Source of the DNA: a virus
Taxonomy: Duplodnaviria > Caudoviricetes
Virus record (IMG/VR): IMGVR_UViG_3300031992_000033
Coordinates: 59,670 to 123,669 of that record
Direction: 5' to 3' (one strand)
DNA: 64,000 nt
Positions 28,687 to 38,666 of this stretch are shown in pieces. The first letter of the stretch is position 1; each line of letters begins with the position of its first letter. The translations under genes were made by a program, and so were the position numbers. Below the pieces are notes generated by a model. The model ran no database searches and had not been told where the DNA came from. It saw nothing but the letters and a program-made list of their open reading frames with translations.

Positions 28687-28711
28687 AGCGGGGAAGTTCC
28701 CCGCTATTTTT
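28687..28711 (+). terminator. intrinsic terminator
   Basis: AGCGGGGAAGTTCCCCGCT followed by ATTTTT. Confidence 0.65.
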
Positions 28712-28731
28712 GATTTAAAGGAGAAAAACGT

Positions 28732-29811
28732 ATGGCAACGAATTTAGTACCCGCGCCTACTGGCGACGAACACAAACTCGGTGTCGCAGAAATGCGTAAG
28801 CGGTATGACAAAATCGCCACTACGTATAATGAAATGCTAGAATGCGACATCATGCATTGCGCTAAGTGCGACAACTGGTTTCGCAATACTGGAATGCATA
28901 AGGGGTTTTATCAGGATTCCAGATTTAAGTCTGGGTTCTTCCCCATTTGCAAAGAGTGCGTTCAGATGATGGTTGAACAGCGCAAAAGGGAGAGTGATCT
29001 TCCAAATGAAACAAAAGAAAGTGTCAAGTTTATATTACAGTTAATGGATAAGCCTTACTACGATGATCTTTATACGAAGTGTGTAGAAGGCGTAAAGAAC
29101 GGAATGAACGATCCAACAAATAAAAAGATGTATGTGTCGCCGTTCAAAACCTATATTACACAAGTACAGAGTCTGCCTAATTATAAGGGACGTAAGTGGA
29201 AGGATAGTAAATTTGGTAATTCAGAAGAGCGCCCTGTCGAAGAACATTACGATGAGAGCGATGAGATATTCGTAAATGCAAAGAAACATTTTGGCAACGA
29301 ATATACTTTACCAGATTTATATTATCTTGAAACTGAATATGCTGACTGGTGTGATAGATATGAATGTAATAGCAAGGCGCAAGAAGAGTTGTTTAAGAAC
29401 ATTGCCTTTACTCAACTTGAATTGCACAAGGCGCGTTTGAATCATGAGAGCACTGATAAACTCACCGCTACCTTGCAGAAACTTATGGAGACTGGTGATA
29501 TTACGCCCAAACAAAACAAGAACGATGTTACGGGTGGAGTAGAATCTTTCGGACAACTTATACAGAAGTTGGAGGAAACACGTCCAGTAGCCGAAATAGA
29601 TCCTGAACTTAGAGACGTAGATAAAATTGGATTATATATTAGCGTATACTTCTTGGGGCATTTGTGTAAGATGCTTGGCATTAAAAATAAGTACTCTAAG
29701 ATGTATGACGATTATATGCGACAATATGCTGCTACCCGTCCTGAGTTTAGTGCAGATGAGGATTCGGAAGACATATTCAATAAAATCTACGGCGGCTCAT
29801 TAGATGAGTGA
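28732..29811 (+). CDS. putative terminase small subunit / Zn-finger packaging protein
   Basis: CxxC...CxxC; overlaps the start of the large terminase; position as in SPbeta-like phages. Confidence 0.55.
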   Translation: MATNLVPAPTGDEHKLGVAEMRKRYDKIATTYNEMLECDIMHCAKCDNWFRNTGMHKGFYQDSRFKSGFFPICKECVQMMVEQRKRESDLPNETKESVKFILQLMDKPYYDDLYTKCVEGVKNGMNDPTNKKMYVSPFKTYITQVQSLPNYKGRKWKDSKFGNSEERPVEEHYDESDEIFVNAKKHFGNEYTLPDLYYLETEYADWCDRYECNSKAQEELFKNIAFTQLELHKARLNHESTDKLTATLQKLMETGDITPKQNKNDVTGGVESFGQLIQKLEETRPVAEIDPELRDVDKIGLYISVYFLGHLCKMLGIKNKYSKMYDDYMRQYAATRPEFSADEDSEDIFNKIYGGSLDE

Positions 29812-31573
29812 TAAAAAAAGTTTTTCTCAGATACAGCAAGAAAAATACGAAAACCTAATGGAGGGTGTCAGCATATGGGCGGCGTTTTATCGTGCGAATC
29901 CTCAACGTCTCGCTGCTGAATTTTTGAATATACAGTTGGGTATATTTCAAAAGATCTTGCTATATGTGATGAATTTATGTACAGTCTTCAACTGGATTGC
30001 AAGCCGCGGACTGGGCAAAACCTACTTAATCGCACTGTATTGTGTGATTAGATGTATACTCTATCCCGCTACTAAAGTATGTGTGGCGTCTGGAGTTAAG
30101 TCTCAGGCTGCTGAAATAATTGGCAAAATAGAAACAGACTTTATGAAACTTCACGATTGGGGTAGTAGAAATCTTGCAAATGAAATTGAAGAGATAAGCA
30201 CATCAATAAATAATCCACATGTTAATTTTAAAAACGGATCATGGATTAAAGTTGTTACCGCGAGCGACAATGCTCGTAGTAATCGTGCAACTATAGTGAT
30301 TATAGACGAGTCAAGAATGGTTAAGAAAAAGATTGTAGACACTGTTCTTAGAAAGTTCTTGACCTCGCTTAGAAAACCACCCTATATGGATCTTCCTCAA
30401 TACAAAAGAAATCCTAAGTATCAGGAAAGAAATATAGAAATGTACATGACTTCTGCGTACTACAAGAGTTCGTGGATATTTGAAAAGTGTAAGTCCGATG
30501 CAGCTCTTATGCTTGACGAAACAAAGAAATATTTCTGTTGTGGTCTTCCGTATGAGGTTGGTATTGAAGAGGGTATTTTCTCGCAAGAAGCCGTTGAGGA
30601 CGAAATGGCAGAAGCGGATTTTGACCCCATATCTTTTAGAATGGAACGTGAGGCTTTGTTCTATGGCGAAGCCGAAGATGCATTCTATAAATTTGATGAA
30701 GTGTCTAGTTGTAGAATAATAAAGAATGCCTTTCTTCCGTTAGAATTTTATGAAAAGCGTGGAATTAATGTGCCTGATCTTGCAGAAGGCGAGCGCCGCA
30801 TATTATCCGTGGACGTTGCGCTTATGGCAACAAAGGCTACCAATAACGACGCCACCGCAATAGAAATTAATATTGCAACGCCAAGCAATAATGGTATGGC
30901 GTCACACATTGTTTACGTCGAAACTCTTGAGGGTAAGACAACTGATGAAGTTGGTATTATCATTATGAGATATTTTAATCATTACAAATGCACAGATCTT
31001 GTGCTTGATACTAACGGACTAGGTCTTGGCGTATACGACTTTATTGCGCGTCAGCAATTTGATGCAGAGACAGGAGAAACCTATGACGCTATGTGTAGTT
31101 GCAATGATGTAACTATGGCTGAACGCTGTCATGATCCTAATGCAAATAAATGTGTGTGGACTATTAAGGCGTATGCACAGGAAAACTCGGAAATGGCAAC
31201 AGCACTTCGTGCGGGAATCCAAACTGGAAATTTGTCATTGCTTATTAACGAGTATGATGCTGAGCAAAGTATCAAAAAGATATCTGGTTATGGTACAATG
31301 ACGACGGAAGAAAGAGTGAAGTTGCTTATGCCTTATGCACAAACAACCGCTCTTGTTAACGAAATGGTAAATCTTGAGGGTAAGATTATAGACAATAAGG
31401 TTAAACTTAAGGAACATTCTGGAATGCGAAAGGATAGATTCTCAAGTCTTGAATATAATTATTATGTCGCTCAGGAAATTGGTAGAGAAAATCAACGCAA
31501 AGGAAATCAAGATAAACAAACGTTAGTTGGTCTTCTCGCTTCTTCTATCAGGAAGAGTTCTATTTTAAAGTAA
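29804..31573 (+). CDS. terL: terminase large subunit
   Basis: Walker A ASRGLGKT, Walker B IIIDE, nuclease SVDVA, LDTNG.G and KDRFSS motifs. Confidence 0.9.
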   Translation: MSDKKSFSQIQQEKYENLMEGVSIWAAFYRANPQRLAAEFLNIQLGIFQKILLYVMNLCTVFNWIASRGLGKTYLIALYCVIRCILYPATKVCVASGVKSQAAEIIGKIETDFMKLHDWGSRNLANEIEEISTSINNPHVNFKNGSWIKVVTASDNARSNRATIVIIDESRMVKKKIVDTVLRKFLTSLRKPPYMDLPQYKRNPKYQERNIEMYMTSAYYKSSWIFEKCKSDAALMLDETKKYFCCGLPYEVGIEEGIFSQEAVEDEMAEADFDPISFRMEREALFYGEAEDAFYKFDEVSSCRIIKNAFLPLEFYEKRGINVPDLAEGERRILSVDVALMATKATNNDATAIEINIATPSNNGMASHIVYVETLEGKTTDEVGIIIMRYFNHYKCTDLVLDTNGLGLGVYDFIARQQFDAETGETYDAMCSCNDVTMAERCHDPNANKCVWTIKAYAQENSEMATALRAGIQTGNLSLLINEYDAEQSIKKISGYGTMTTEERVKLLMPYAQTTALVNEMVNLEGKIIDNKVKLKEHSGMRKDRFSSLEYNYYVAQEIGRENQRKGNQDKQTLVGLLASSIRKSSILK

Positions 31574-31578
31574 TATTA

Positions 31579-31612
31579 GACAGCATAGGCGTCAAAACTT
31601 ATGCTGTTTTTT
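31579..31612 (+). terminator. intrinsic terminator
   Basis: GACAGCATAGG...CTTATGCTGTT followed by T-run. Confidence 0.65.
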
Positions 31613-31675
31613 CATGGGTAATTCTCTGCCCGACATGAGAAAGGAAACAAAATACTAAAGAAAGGAACGGGGATT

Positions 31676-32149
31676 ATGGATATAATTACTTATGTGCTGT
31701 CGAGAAAATATACAGACAAAACCGTTAAAGGTCTCGGCGCTCTAAAGGGTGCTCCGTGCAAAGTCGAATCAATTGTTCCCATTCAGGGCGGACAACGAAT
31801 AACTTTGTCGTGGGAGACCGACGACGGCATCAAAGAAACGCAATCCTTTGATGTTATGAATGGCGAAGATGGTGCAGATGGTATTGGTATTTCATCGGTA
31901 AGTATCAATGGATCGTATCATTTAATAGTTACTTATTCAAATGGAACTAGTGTTGATGCTGGATCTGTAGTTCCCGATTACGAACAGTTACAGAACCTAC
32001 CAGAGATAAACGGAGTTCAACTTACTGGAGACAAGTCCATAGAAGATTTAGGACTAGTCAACAATGATACTACTTATATGGATAATGGAGGGGCTGTGGC
32101 TATTAGTTGCATAACTAGTGAACAGATCGCAGCGTTGTTTGAAAATTAA
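31676..32149 (+). CDS. virion accessory/fibre adaptor protein
   Basis: MDIITY start, NGEDGADG, YEQL.NLP.INGV.L.G.KS..DLGL and C-terminal ITSEQIAALF motifs. Confidence 0.6.
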   Translation: MDIITYVLSRKYTDKTVKGLGALKGAPCKVESIVPIQGGQRITLSWETDDGIKETQSFDVMNGEDGADGIGISSVSINGSYHLIVTYSNGTSVDAGSVVPDYEQLQNLPEINGVQLTGDKSIEDLGLVNNDTTYMDNGGAVAISCITSEQIAALFEN

Positions 32150-32161
32150 TGAGGTGAAATT

Positions 32162-32974
32162 ATGGCGGATATTACAAAATCATTTTTAACACATGAAGGT
32201 CTGCAAGAGTATGATACTAAGATAAAGGAGTTTATCGCGGGTAGCACAAGTGGCGGAGAAGTGTATGTCACTGAAACTGCTGGTGGTTCATCCGATCCTT
32301 TCGGAAAAAGATATGGACTATATCAGGGTGGCGGAAGTGCACAAGCACCCGTTCCCGCAGAGAAGATAGCAGACATTGACATCCCTAAAGACATGGTTGT
32401 TGAGTCGGGTTCTGTTGTTGATATCACATATTCTAATGGAAAACTTTACGACAATGGTACTGATGTTACCGCTCTTATTAAAGGAACGGGCGGAACTGCA
32501 ACAGCAGCCGACGCGGGTAAGTACTTAAAACTTATTATCGCAAATGCTACAAGCGATGTTGTTTATATTTCAGTAAAGGATCTTGGACAGATATATACTG
32601 TACAGCCTAATGCTTCTGAAGTGCAACTCGCTATTGACGCGAACAATGTTATTTCGGCAACCATCGTAACTATTGATGGTAGCAAGATTACATATTCTGT
32701 AAATGAGACTGTTAAGCAAGCGCTTACCAGACTCGACGGATCTGATTCAACTACTGGATCAGTATCAAAGAAAATTAAGGATGCTATTAGTGCATTAGAC
32801 ACTAGTGCTAATGTTCCTATTGCCACTTATTACGCTGCAACTGGCTCTGCTGGAGATAAGATTGAACTTACTAGCGCCATTGCAGAATCAGACGGAATAG
32901 TGGAAGGAGTTTCTGGCAACAAGATTATTCTTACTGCTATAACAAACGCACAGATAGATGCTTTATTCTCATAA
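32162..32974 (+). CDS. putative head-fibre-like protein
   Basis: IDIPKDMVVESGSV motif; N-terminal FLT.EGL..YD.KIK; C-terminal ITNAQIDALF. Confidence 0.6.
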   Translation: MADITKSFLTHEGLQEYDTKIKEFIAGSTSGGEVYVTETAGGSSDPFGKRYGLYQGGGSAQAPVPAEKIADIDIPKDMVVESGSVVDITYSNGKLYDNGTDVTALIKGTGGTATAADAGKYLKLIIANATSDVVYISVKDLGQIYTVQPNASEVQLAIDANNVISATIVTIDGSKITYSVNETVKQALTRLDGSDSTTGSVSKKIKDAISALDTSANVPIATYYAATGSAGDKIELTSAIAESDGIVEGVSGNKIILTAITNAQIDALFS

Positions 32975-32996
32975 ATTGTAAAAGGAGGTTTGGGAA

Positions 32997-35024
32997 ATGG
33001 CAGATGTAAATAAAGAGTTCCTCGATCTCCAAGGATTAGAGAGATATAACTCGGATATAAAAACTTATATCGACAGCAAGATTGGTAATTCTGGTGGAAG
33101 TAAAATAATAAAAAATCAAACCTTAACCTTTACTAATCTTGTTGCAACAATAAGTGACACAGATATTACTGCGGATTCTGACTTTGCTGTATATTATTAT
33201 AATATAGCGGCAGCAGAGGCTGCGGATATAACGGCAGTATCAAGTAGCGGCACTATAACTTTTACTGCTCAAAATAATCCTTCAAGCACTATAGTGGTTG
33301 ATGTTGTGCTTTTTGATGTTAGTGGAGAAAATAATACTGGTCTACCTTCATACTACAATGTGGAATTTGAAACTACGAAGGCAAGTTTATTTAATCTCTT
33401 ATCTATATATCCAGAGTGTTTAAATCTTGTATTTATGACAGATTTACATTTTAGTTCAAAGAATGGTGGTTATCATCCTGAACTTTTAAGAGACCCTTTA
33501 TTCAGAACTATAAAAGCGGCTAAAAAGTTTATGGCGCAAATGCCAATAGATATGTTTGTATTAGGTGGAGATTATATGCAGTTTGATGCAAACAATACCA
33601 CTAAGCAAATGGGTATAGATAATATTACAGAATTAAATGAACTTGTAGATGGATCTGCAATTCCGACATTTTTACTGACAGGAAATCATGACGCACATTA
33701 TAATGGCGGAACAGGAGTAGGATTAAGCAATAATGAACTTTTTGCTTTATTATCAAGAAAAAATATTTATCCATATGACATAGAGATGGTTAGTCTTAAT
33801 ACTGGTGTAATGGTAAATAGTAAAGCACATTTATGTTGCGTTTTTATATCTACTTCGTCTTCTGCTGAAACAGCGTCTGTAGTAAGTAGAGATTGGGGTG
33901 GCGTTAGAACCATTAATTCTAATAATTATCCAGTTGTGATATTTAATCATTTCGGATCTACGGATGCGGCACAAGATGATGTTGATAGTGACATTAAGAC
34001 TTGTATTGATACAATTCAGACTGCTGGTGATACTATAATTGCTTGGATAAGTGGACATAAACATTTTGATTGGGTTCACGTTTATAATAATACTCTTGTT
34101 ATAAGTATTCTTAATTCTGGATATTGGACTAATAATCAGGGTCAAGATGGACAGATATATAACAAAACAGTAGAGACTGCCAACGAGAGCGCTTTCTCTG
34201 TCATTTCAGTTAATCCAATAACTGGAAAATTGTATGTGTTTAGATTCGGCGCTGGCGTAGACTTCGAGTGTAATTATAATACCACAAGCGGTGCAGTAGG
34301 ACGTATTGGATATTTACCTACTGATACATGCACTATAACTCAGAATCTGCTTGGTGGTACTGGATCAACAAATAGTTCAACTATAATATCTACTGGAAGT
34401 TCATACAATAATACTATTACAGTTCCTGATTCTCACTTTACTATTGGTACTGTAACTGTTCTTATGAATGGCAACGATATTACATCAACTGCATACAACG
34501 CTTCAACACATGCGATTAGTATACCTTCGGTAACTGGAAATATTACTGTGACTGCAAATGCAACAAATGATTATATATTGGCAGTAGCGGAACTTGGATC
34601 TTTTGAACAATATAATAATTCTACTCCCGCTTCTGCGGAATATCTCGGATCGAACGACTTTAGTATGTATACCGATTATCGTAATTCAGGTATTAATGCA
34701 TATGCAGATTTACACTCTGCTGTAGCCCAGTCTGAAAATTGGTATTTAAAAGCGGATTCCGTTGATATTGGTGATTATGCCAATACTGGATGGGTCATTC
34801 GTGCTTATTTCTATGACAGCAATGGTAATCAATTGGGAAGTAATGTTGATTTCTTAACATCTTCTACAGAGGTTACATCCATAGTTAATGGACGAAGTGG
34901 ATGGATTGGCTCGTCTATCGTTGGGGCTGTTCGTGTAAAAGTTGAAATAAGAACGTCAAATAATACTACGACCCCTATTGGAGTACGCTTCACAAATCTC
35001 AGACTCCAATCAACAAACAATTGA
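32997..35024 (+). CDS. modular protein: fibre-like N-terminus, metallophosphoesterase and Ig-like/beta-sandwich C-terminus
   Basis: TDLH, GGD, GNHD, FNH and GHKH motifs; Thr-rich C-terminal domains. Confidence 0.75.
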   Translation: MADVNKEFLDLQGLERYNSDIKTYIDSKIGNSGGSKIIKNQTLTFTNLVATISDTDITADSDFAVYYYNIAAAEAADITAVSSSGTITFTAQNNPSSTIVVDVVLFDVSGENNTGLPSYYNVEFETTKASLFNLLSIYPECLNLVFMTDLHFSSKNGGYHPELLRDPLFRTIKAAKKFMAQMPIDMFVLGGDYMQFDANNTTKQMGIDNITELNELVDGSAIPTFLLTGNHDAHYNGGTGVGLSNNELFALLSRKNIYPYDIEMVSLNTGVMVNSKAHLCCVFISTSSSAETASVVSRDWGGVRTINSNNYPVVIFNHFGSTDAAQDDVDSDIKTCIDTIQTAGDTIIAWISGHKHFDWVHVYNNTLVISILNSGYWTNNQGQDGQIYNKTVETANESAFSVISVNPITGKLYVFRFGAGVDFECNYNTTSGAVGRIGYLPTDTCTITQNLLGGTGSTNSSTIISTGSSYNNTITVPDSHFTIGTVTVLMNGNDITSTAYNASTHAISIPSVTGNITVTANATNDYILAVAELGSFEQYNNSTPASAEYLGSNDFSMYTDYRNSGINAYADLHSAVAQSENWYLKADSVDIGDYANTGWVIRAYFYDSNGNQLGSNVDFLTSSTEVTSIVNGRSGWIGSSIVGAVRVKVEIRTSNNTTTPIGVRFTNLRLQSTNN

Positions 35025-35036
35025 TAGGAGGCAGAT

Positions 35037-35831
35037 ATGAACGGCATAAATAATTTAAATAAGAAAGGTGTGTCAGCACTTGAAGATTTAACAGATGTAA
35101 ATATTACTAATCCGATAAACGGACAAGTGATTAAATATGATGCTATAAATGATAAGTGGATGAATGCGAATGAAAGCGGCGGGTCTACTTCTAATATTAG
35201 ATTGTTTGAGACACTGACTTATGCAGAGGTTAAAGCGAGTGACTCGCCAACGTCACCATTTATTATAAACGATAATGTATTAACTTCTACCGCAAGTAGT
35301 ATGACAAATTCAGAAACCAACATATTATCTACCAACACTATTGATTTATCTTATGTTGATTTAATTGAGATTACATTGCATTCAGCAACATTTTATTCGG
35401 GAAGTCTTTGGAACGGTTTCTTCTATGTATGTAATGATGATACGGAAATAAGAAATGATACTTATCCATCCGTATCAGACAAAATCGTATTTAGTGATAC
35501 GTCTACCCCTGTAAAGTATTATTTTGATGTGTCTCAATTGACAGGTAGTTGGTATATTGGAGTATGTACGGGTGGTCATACTGATTTAGTTGTTAGTGCT
35601 GTTATTGTTGGAATGGGTTCGGGTGGTCACACCATTATTAATGAAAACAATACTGAAATGACCCAAAGAGCAAATTTACAGTTTACGGGTAATGTAACTG
35701 TGTCTGACAATCCTACGAACAACAAAACAGTTGTTAATATTGGTTCGTATACTCTTACAGCCCAAGACAAAAGCGACATCGCTGATATTGTTCTTGCAGA
35801 ACTGCCTGTAGCAGAAAGCGAGGTGGTCTAA
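35037..35831 (+). CDS. virion accessory protein
   Basis: LEDLTDVNITNP.NGQVIKYD..WMN repeat unit typical of fibres; C-terminal LTAQDKSDIA..VLA.LP. Confidence 0.6.
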   Translation: MNGINNLNKKGVSALEDLTDVNITNPINGQVIKYDAINDKWMNANESGGSTSNIRLFETLTYAEVKASDSPTSPFIINDNVLTSTASSMTNSETNILSTNTIDLSYVDLIEITLHSATFYSGSLWNGFFYVCNDDTEIRNDTYPSVSDKIVFSDTSTPVKYYFDVSQLTGSWYIGVCTGGHTDLVVSAVIVGMGSGGHTIINENNTEMTQRANLQFTGNVTVSDNPTNNKTVVNIGSYTLTAQDKSDIADIVLAELPVAESEVV

Positions 35832-38395
35832 TGTCATTATGGACAATAAATGACAGTACGCTCGTTGACATCGCTGATGCTATACGTGCAAAGCGCGGAA
35901 CTTCTTCGCCTATTCAGGTAGATGAATTGGCAGACGAGATTGCTCTTATCGAGGGAGATGGCTTATTAAGAGATAGGCTTATAATTCCTGACAAGTATAA
36001 CACTGGATGTCATGGAGAACTTACAAAATTTGATTACTCTACCGATACAAGTGGATTGATTTGGAGAGACGCTAGTGCAACCCTTGATTTTAATAACGGT
36101 AGGGCTGTTCAAAATCTCTCGGATAATCAGGTCATAGTTTTTGAGAATTATGATTTCACAGGCTCTAGTCCTTTTTATTTTATGAATGTTCAAAGTTATA
36201 CTTCGAGTTCAACATATTATAAAAACAATTTAAAATTCATATTCAAAAATTGTCTCTTTGAATGGGTAAGACAAGACTACCCCTTCACGGATACTGCTGT
36301 GATTGGTCTTGAATTTTATAATTGTACTTTTAACAGAGTAAAAATTGGTAGAGCCAAACTTAATAGATGTTTGATTGGTAATGTTACTTATTACCAAAAT
36401 TTAATTGAAAATTTTGAACCTAGCGGAGACACCTTCAATCCGCAAGGTCCAGTAGATGTAAAGAATTGTTATATCATGGACATTGAGGCAAAGTTGTCTT
36501 ACCAAGGACAAGGACACATTGACGGCTTTCAAACCATCGTAGAAAATGGTTCTGATATGCACCTTTACAATTGTAGATTTGAATGTTTTGATATGCCATA
36601 TTCAGGCTCTCAGGGTAACTGGTCATATAGTGTATACTGGCAAGTAACCCCATCAAATTCGTCTATGGAATATTGTGTTATCCACGGAGGTGGATACTAC
36701 GGATTATCTATGGGCAAGGGTACTAATCAAGTTGTGAGAAACAACTTCTTGTCTGGAGAGTATCACTGTGCGGAAGGTGCGCCTGAAAGTGCTTGGACAC
36801 GAGTTTGTTATCCTAATGAAAATTGCTATCAAGTATCTGACGGCATTGGTGACTATATTAGAACATTACTTGTATCATCCATCTGGCTTGAAGATGGTAA
36901 AATAAAGGTTTGTTACTCAAATGATATGCATTCAATTAGGACTATGAGAATTGTTACGGATGGCAATCAAACGTATACTGTATCAGTTCCAGCATGTCCT
37001 ATAAGAGATACTGCGGCATCAGAAGGTGTTACAGAGTGGGATGACTTACCTCTTGACCTTGTGACAGAGATTGACGCATATGGTGTTAATAGCATTAGTG
37101 TTTACGATGGAAATACTCTCGTAAGAACATTTGTAGTAGATCCTAGCAGTGATGGACAAAACGTTAATCTTGGAACAAAGACCATCACTCAGAATGGAAC
37201 TTATTCAGCCGAAGACGATAATCTTGATGGCTACAGTGAAGTAACCGTAAATGTTCCCTCTCAAGCATCGGGCACAATAAACATTACACAGAACGGAGTG
37301 TATAATGTTGCTCAGTATGCAAATGCGGCTGTTAGTGTTCAGCCAAGTATTCCTTATCTTGACATAAGAGAATACACTCCCGAAAGTAATATTAATTCAT
37401 TTACTTTGCAATACCCTATGGGCAAGGAATTAATTGGTGTGTATTTATACGATTTGAACAGAGATGACCATACGGGTTATACCATAACTATGATTGCATG
37501 GTATAAGTATAGAGGTGAAAATGCAAGTTATGGTAAAATTGGAGGAGTTATCGATTACCAAGGCAATGAAAAAGCCAGTGTTAGTTATGGTTCTGTTACT
37601 GTTGGTACAGGAACTGTTACTTTGGCTGCTCATAATAATTCGTATTATTTTAGAAGTAATAGAACGTATAGGATTCTCTTGATATATAAAGATACGTCAG
37701 GTTATTCTGTTTCGTTACCTCTTATGGGAGGACTTATTCCTTCGAATACGACTGAGTTAGTAGCACATGGTGATTCATATACTAATACAATTTCAGTTCC
37801 TGATAATCATTTTACGATTGGAACAATAACCGTAACAATGGGTGGTACTGATATAACATCCACTGCGTATAATAGTTCAACGCACGTTGTCTCTATTCCT
37901 TCAGTTACTGGCGATATTGTAATATCAGGTACGGCGACCAATGACTATTGGGCTGTTATGGCAGAGGGTCTAGGTCATCAGCAAGTTGATGAAAATAAGC
38001 CATGCGAGGGTGGCGGTATGTATGGTAATGGATTTACTATATATACAACCTACACAGAATCTGGAGCAGATGTAGCCATACCGATTAAGTCACCAGTTCC
38101 TTCTGGCGGAATTGCTTTAACCATGAAAGCCGATCATGTTGAATATATTGGCAGCAATACGGATTGGTTTATAGCAGTTGCTTTTGCTAATCAGCAAGGT
38201 GGAATTATAGGACAACCTATAGAAATTATTACAGGTACAGATGTAACACAGTTAGAATCTGGAATTACATTCACTGCCGCTGGTACTTATTCTAGTGCGG
38301 ATCTTATGCTTGTAAGAATCCAAACTATGCCAACCGCCTCAGTTCCTAGTGGATTACAAGTTAACAATTTCAGATTGCAAACGACAAATGCATAA
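35831..38395 (+). CDS. putative parallel beta-helix (depolymerase-like) fibre protein
   Basis: FxNCxF-type repeats, GHIDGFQ, TITQNG.Y repeats; C-terminal module shared with 32997..35024. Confidence 0.6.
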   Translation: MSLWTINDSTLVDIADAIRAKRGTSSPIQVDELADEIALIEGDGLLRDRLIIPDKYNTGCHGELTKFDYSTDTSGLIWRDASATLDFNNGRAVQNLSDNQVIVFENYDFTGSSPFYFMNVQSYTSSSTYYKNNLKFIFKNCLFEWVRQDYPFTDTAVIGLEFYNCTFNRVKIGRAKLNRCLIGNVTYYQNLIENFEPSGDTFNPQGPVDVKNCYIMDIEAKLSYQGQGHIDGFQTIVENGSDMHLYNCRFECFDMPYSGSQGNWSYSVYWQVTPSNSSMEYCVIHGGGYYGLSMGKGTNQVVRNNFLSGEYHCAEGAPESAWTRVCYPNENCYQVSDGIGDYIRTLLVSSIWLEDGKIKVCYSNDMHSIRTMRIVTDGNQTYTVSVPACPIRDTAASEGVTEWDDLPLDLVTEIDAYGVNSISVYDGNTLVRTFVVDPSSDGQNVNLGTKTITQNGTYSAEDDNLDGYSEVTVNVPSQASGTINITQNGVYNVAQYANAAVSVQPSIPYLDIREYTPESNINSFTLQYPMGKELIGVYLYDLNRDDHTGYTITMIAWYKYRGENASYGKIGGVIDYQGNEKASVSYGSVTVGTGTVTLAAHNNSYYFRSNRTYRILLIYKDTSGYSVSLPLMGGLIPSNTTELVAHGDSYTNTISVPDNHFTIGTITVTMGGTDITSTAYNSSTHVVSIPSVTGDIVISGTATNDYWAVMAEGLGHQQVDENKPCEGGGMYGNGFTIYTTYTESGADVAIPIKSPVPSGGIALTMKADHVEYIGSNTDWFIAVAFANQQGGIIGQPIEIITGTDVTQLESGITFTAAGTYSSADLMLVRIQTMPTASVPSGLQVNNFRLQTTNA

Positions 38396-38431
38396 CAGAA
38401 GAGAGGGGAGGAAACTCTCCTCTCTTTATTC

Positions 38432-38647
38432 TTGGAGGAACTCGACATGATAATAAATAGAAAGTATGATACGACCCATGTTTCAACGTGGGAGTTTTCT
38501 GGGAAGAGCACAGAAACAAAGCCCACAGTCAGAAATGGGTCTAAGGATGTTCCTCCCGATCAAAGTTTATTTTTAGAAGTGGATACCGCAGAAGTATATT
38601 ATTACGATAAAGATACAGATGATTGGTATCCTCTTGGGGAGAGTTGA
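38432..38647 (+). CDS. small virion accessory protein
   Basis: EFSGKSTETKPT...SLFLEVDT.EVYYYD...W motif. Confidence 0.6.
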   Translation: MEELDMIINRKYDTTHVSTWEFSGKSTETKPTVRNGSKDVPPDQSLFLEVDTAEVYYYDKDTDDWYPLGES

Positions 38648-38666
38648 TAGAAAGGGGGATGTTGCT

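Noticed and set aside
34400-37950. DGR template/variable repeat pair
   Set aside because: Differences are not adenine-specific, both copies are coding, and there is no reverse transcriptase in the window.
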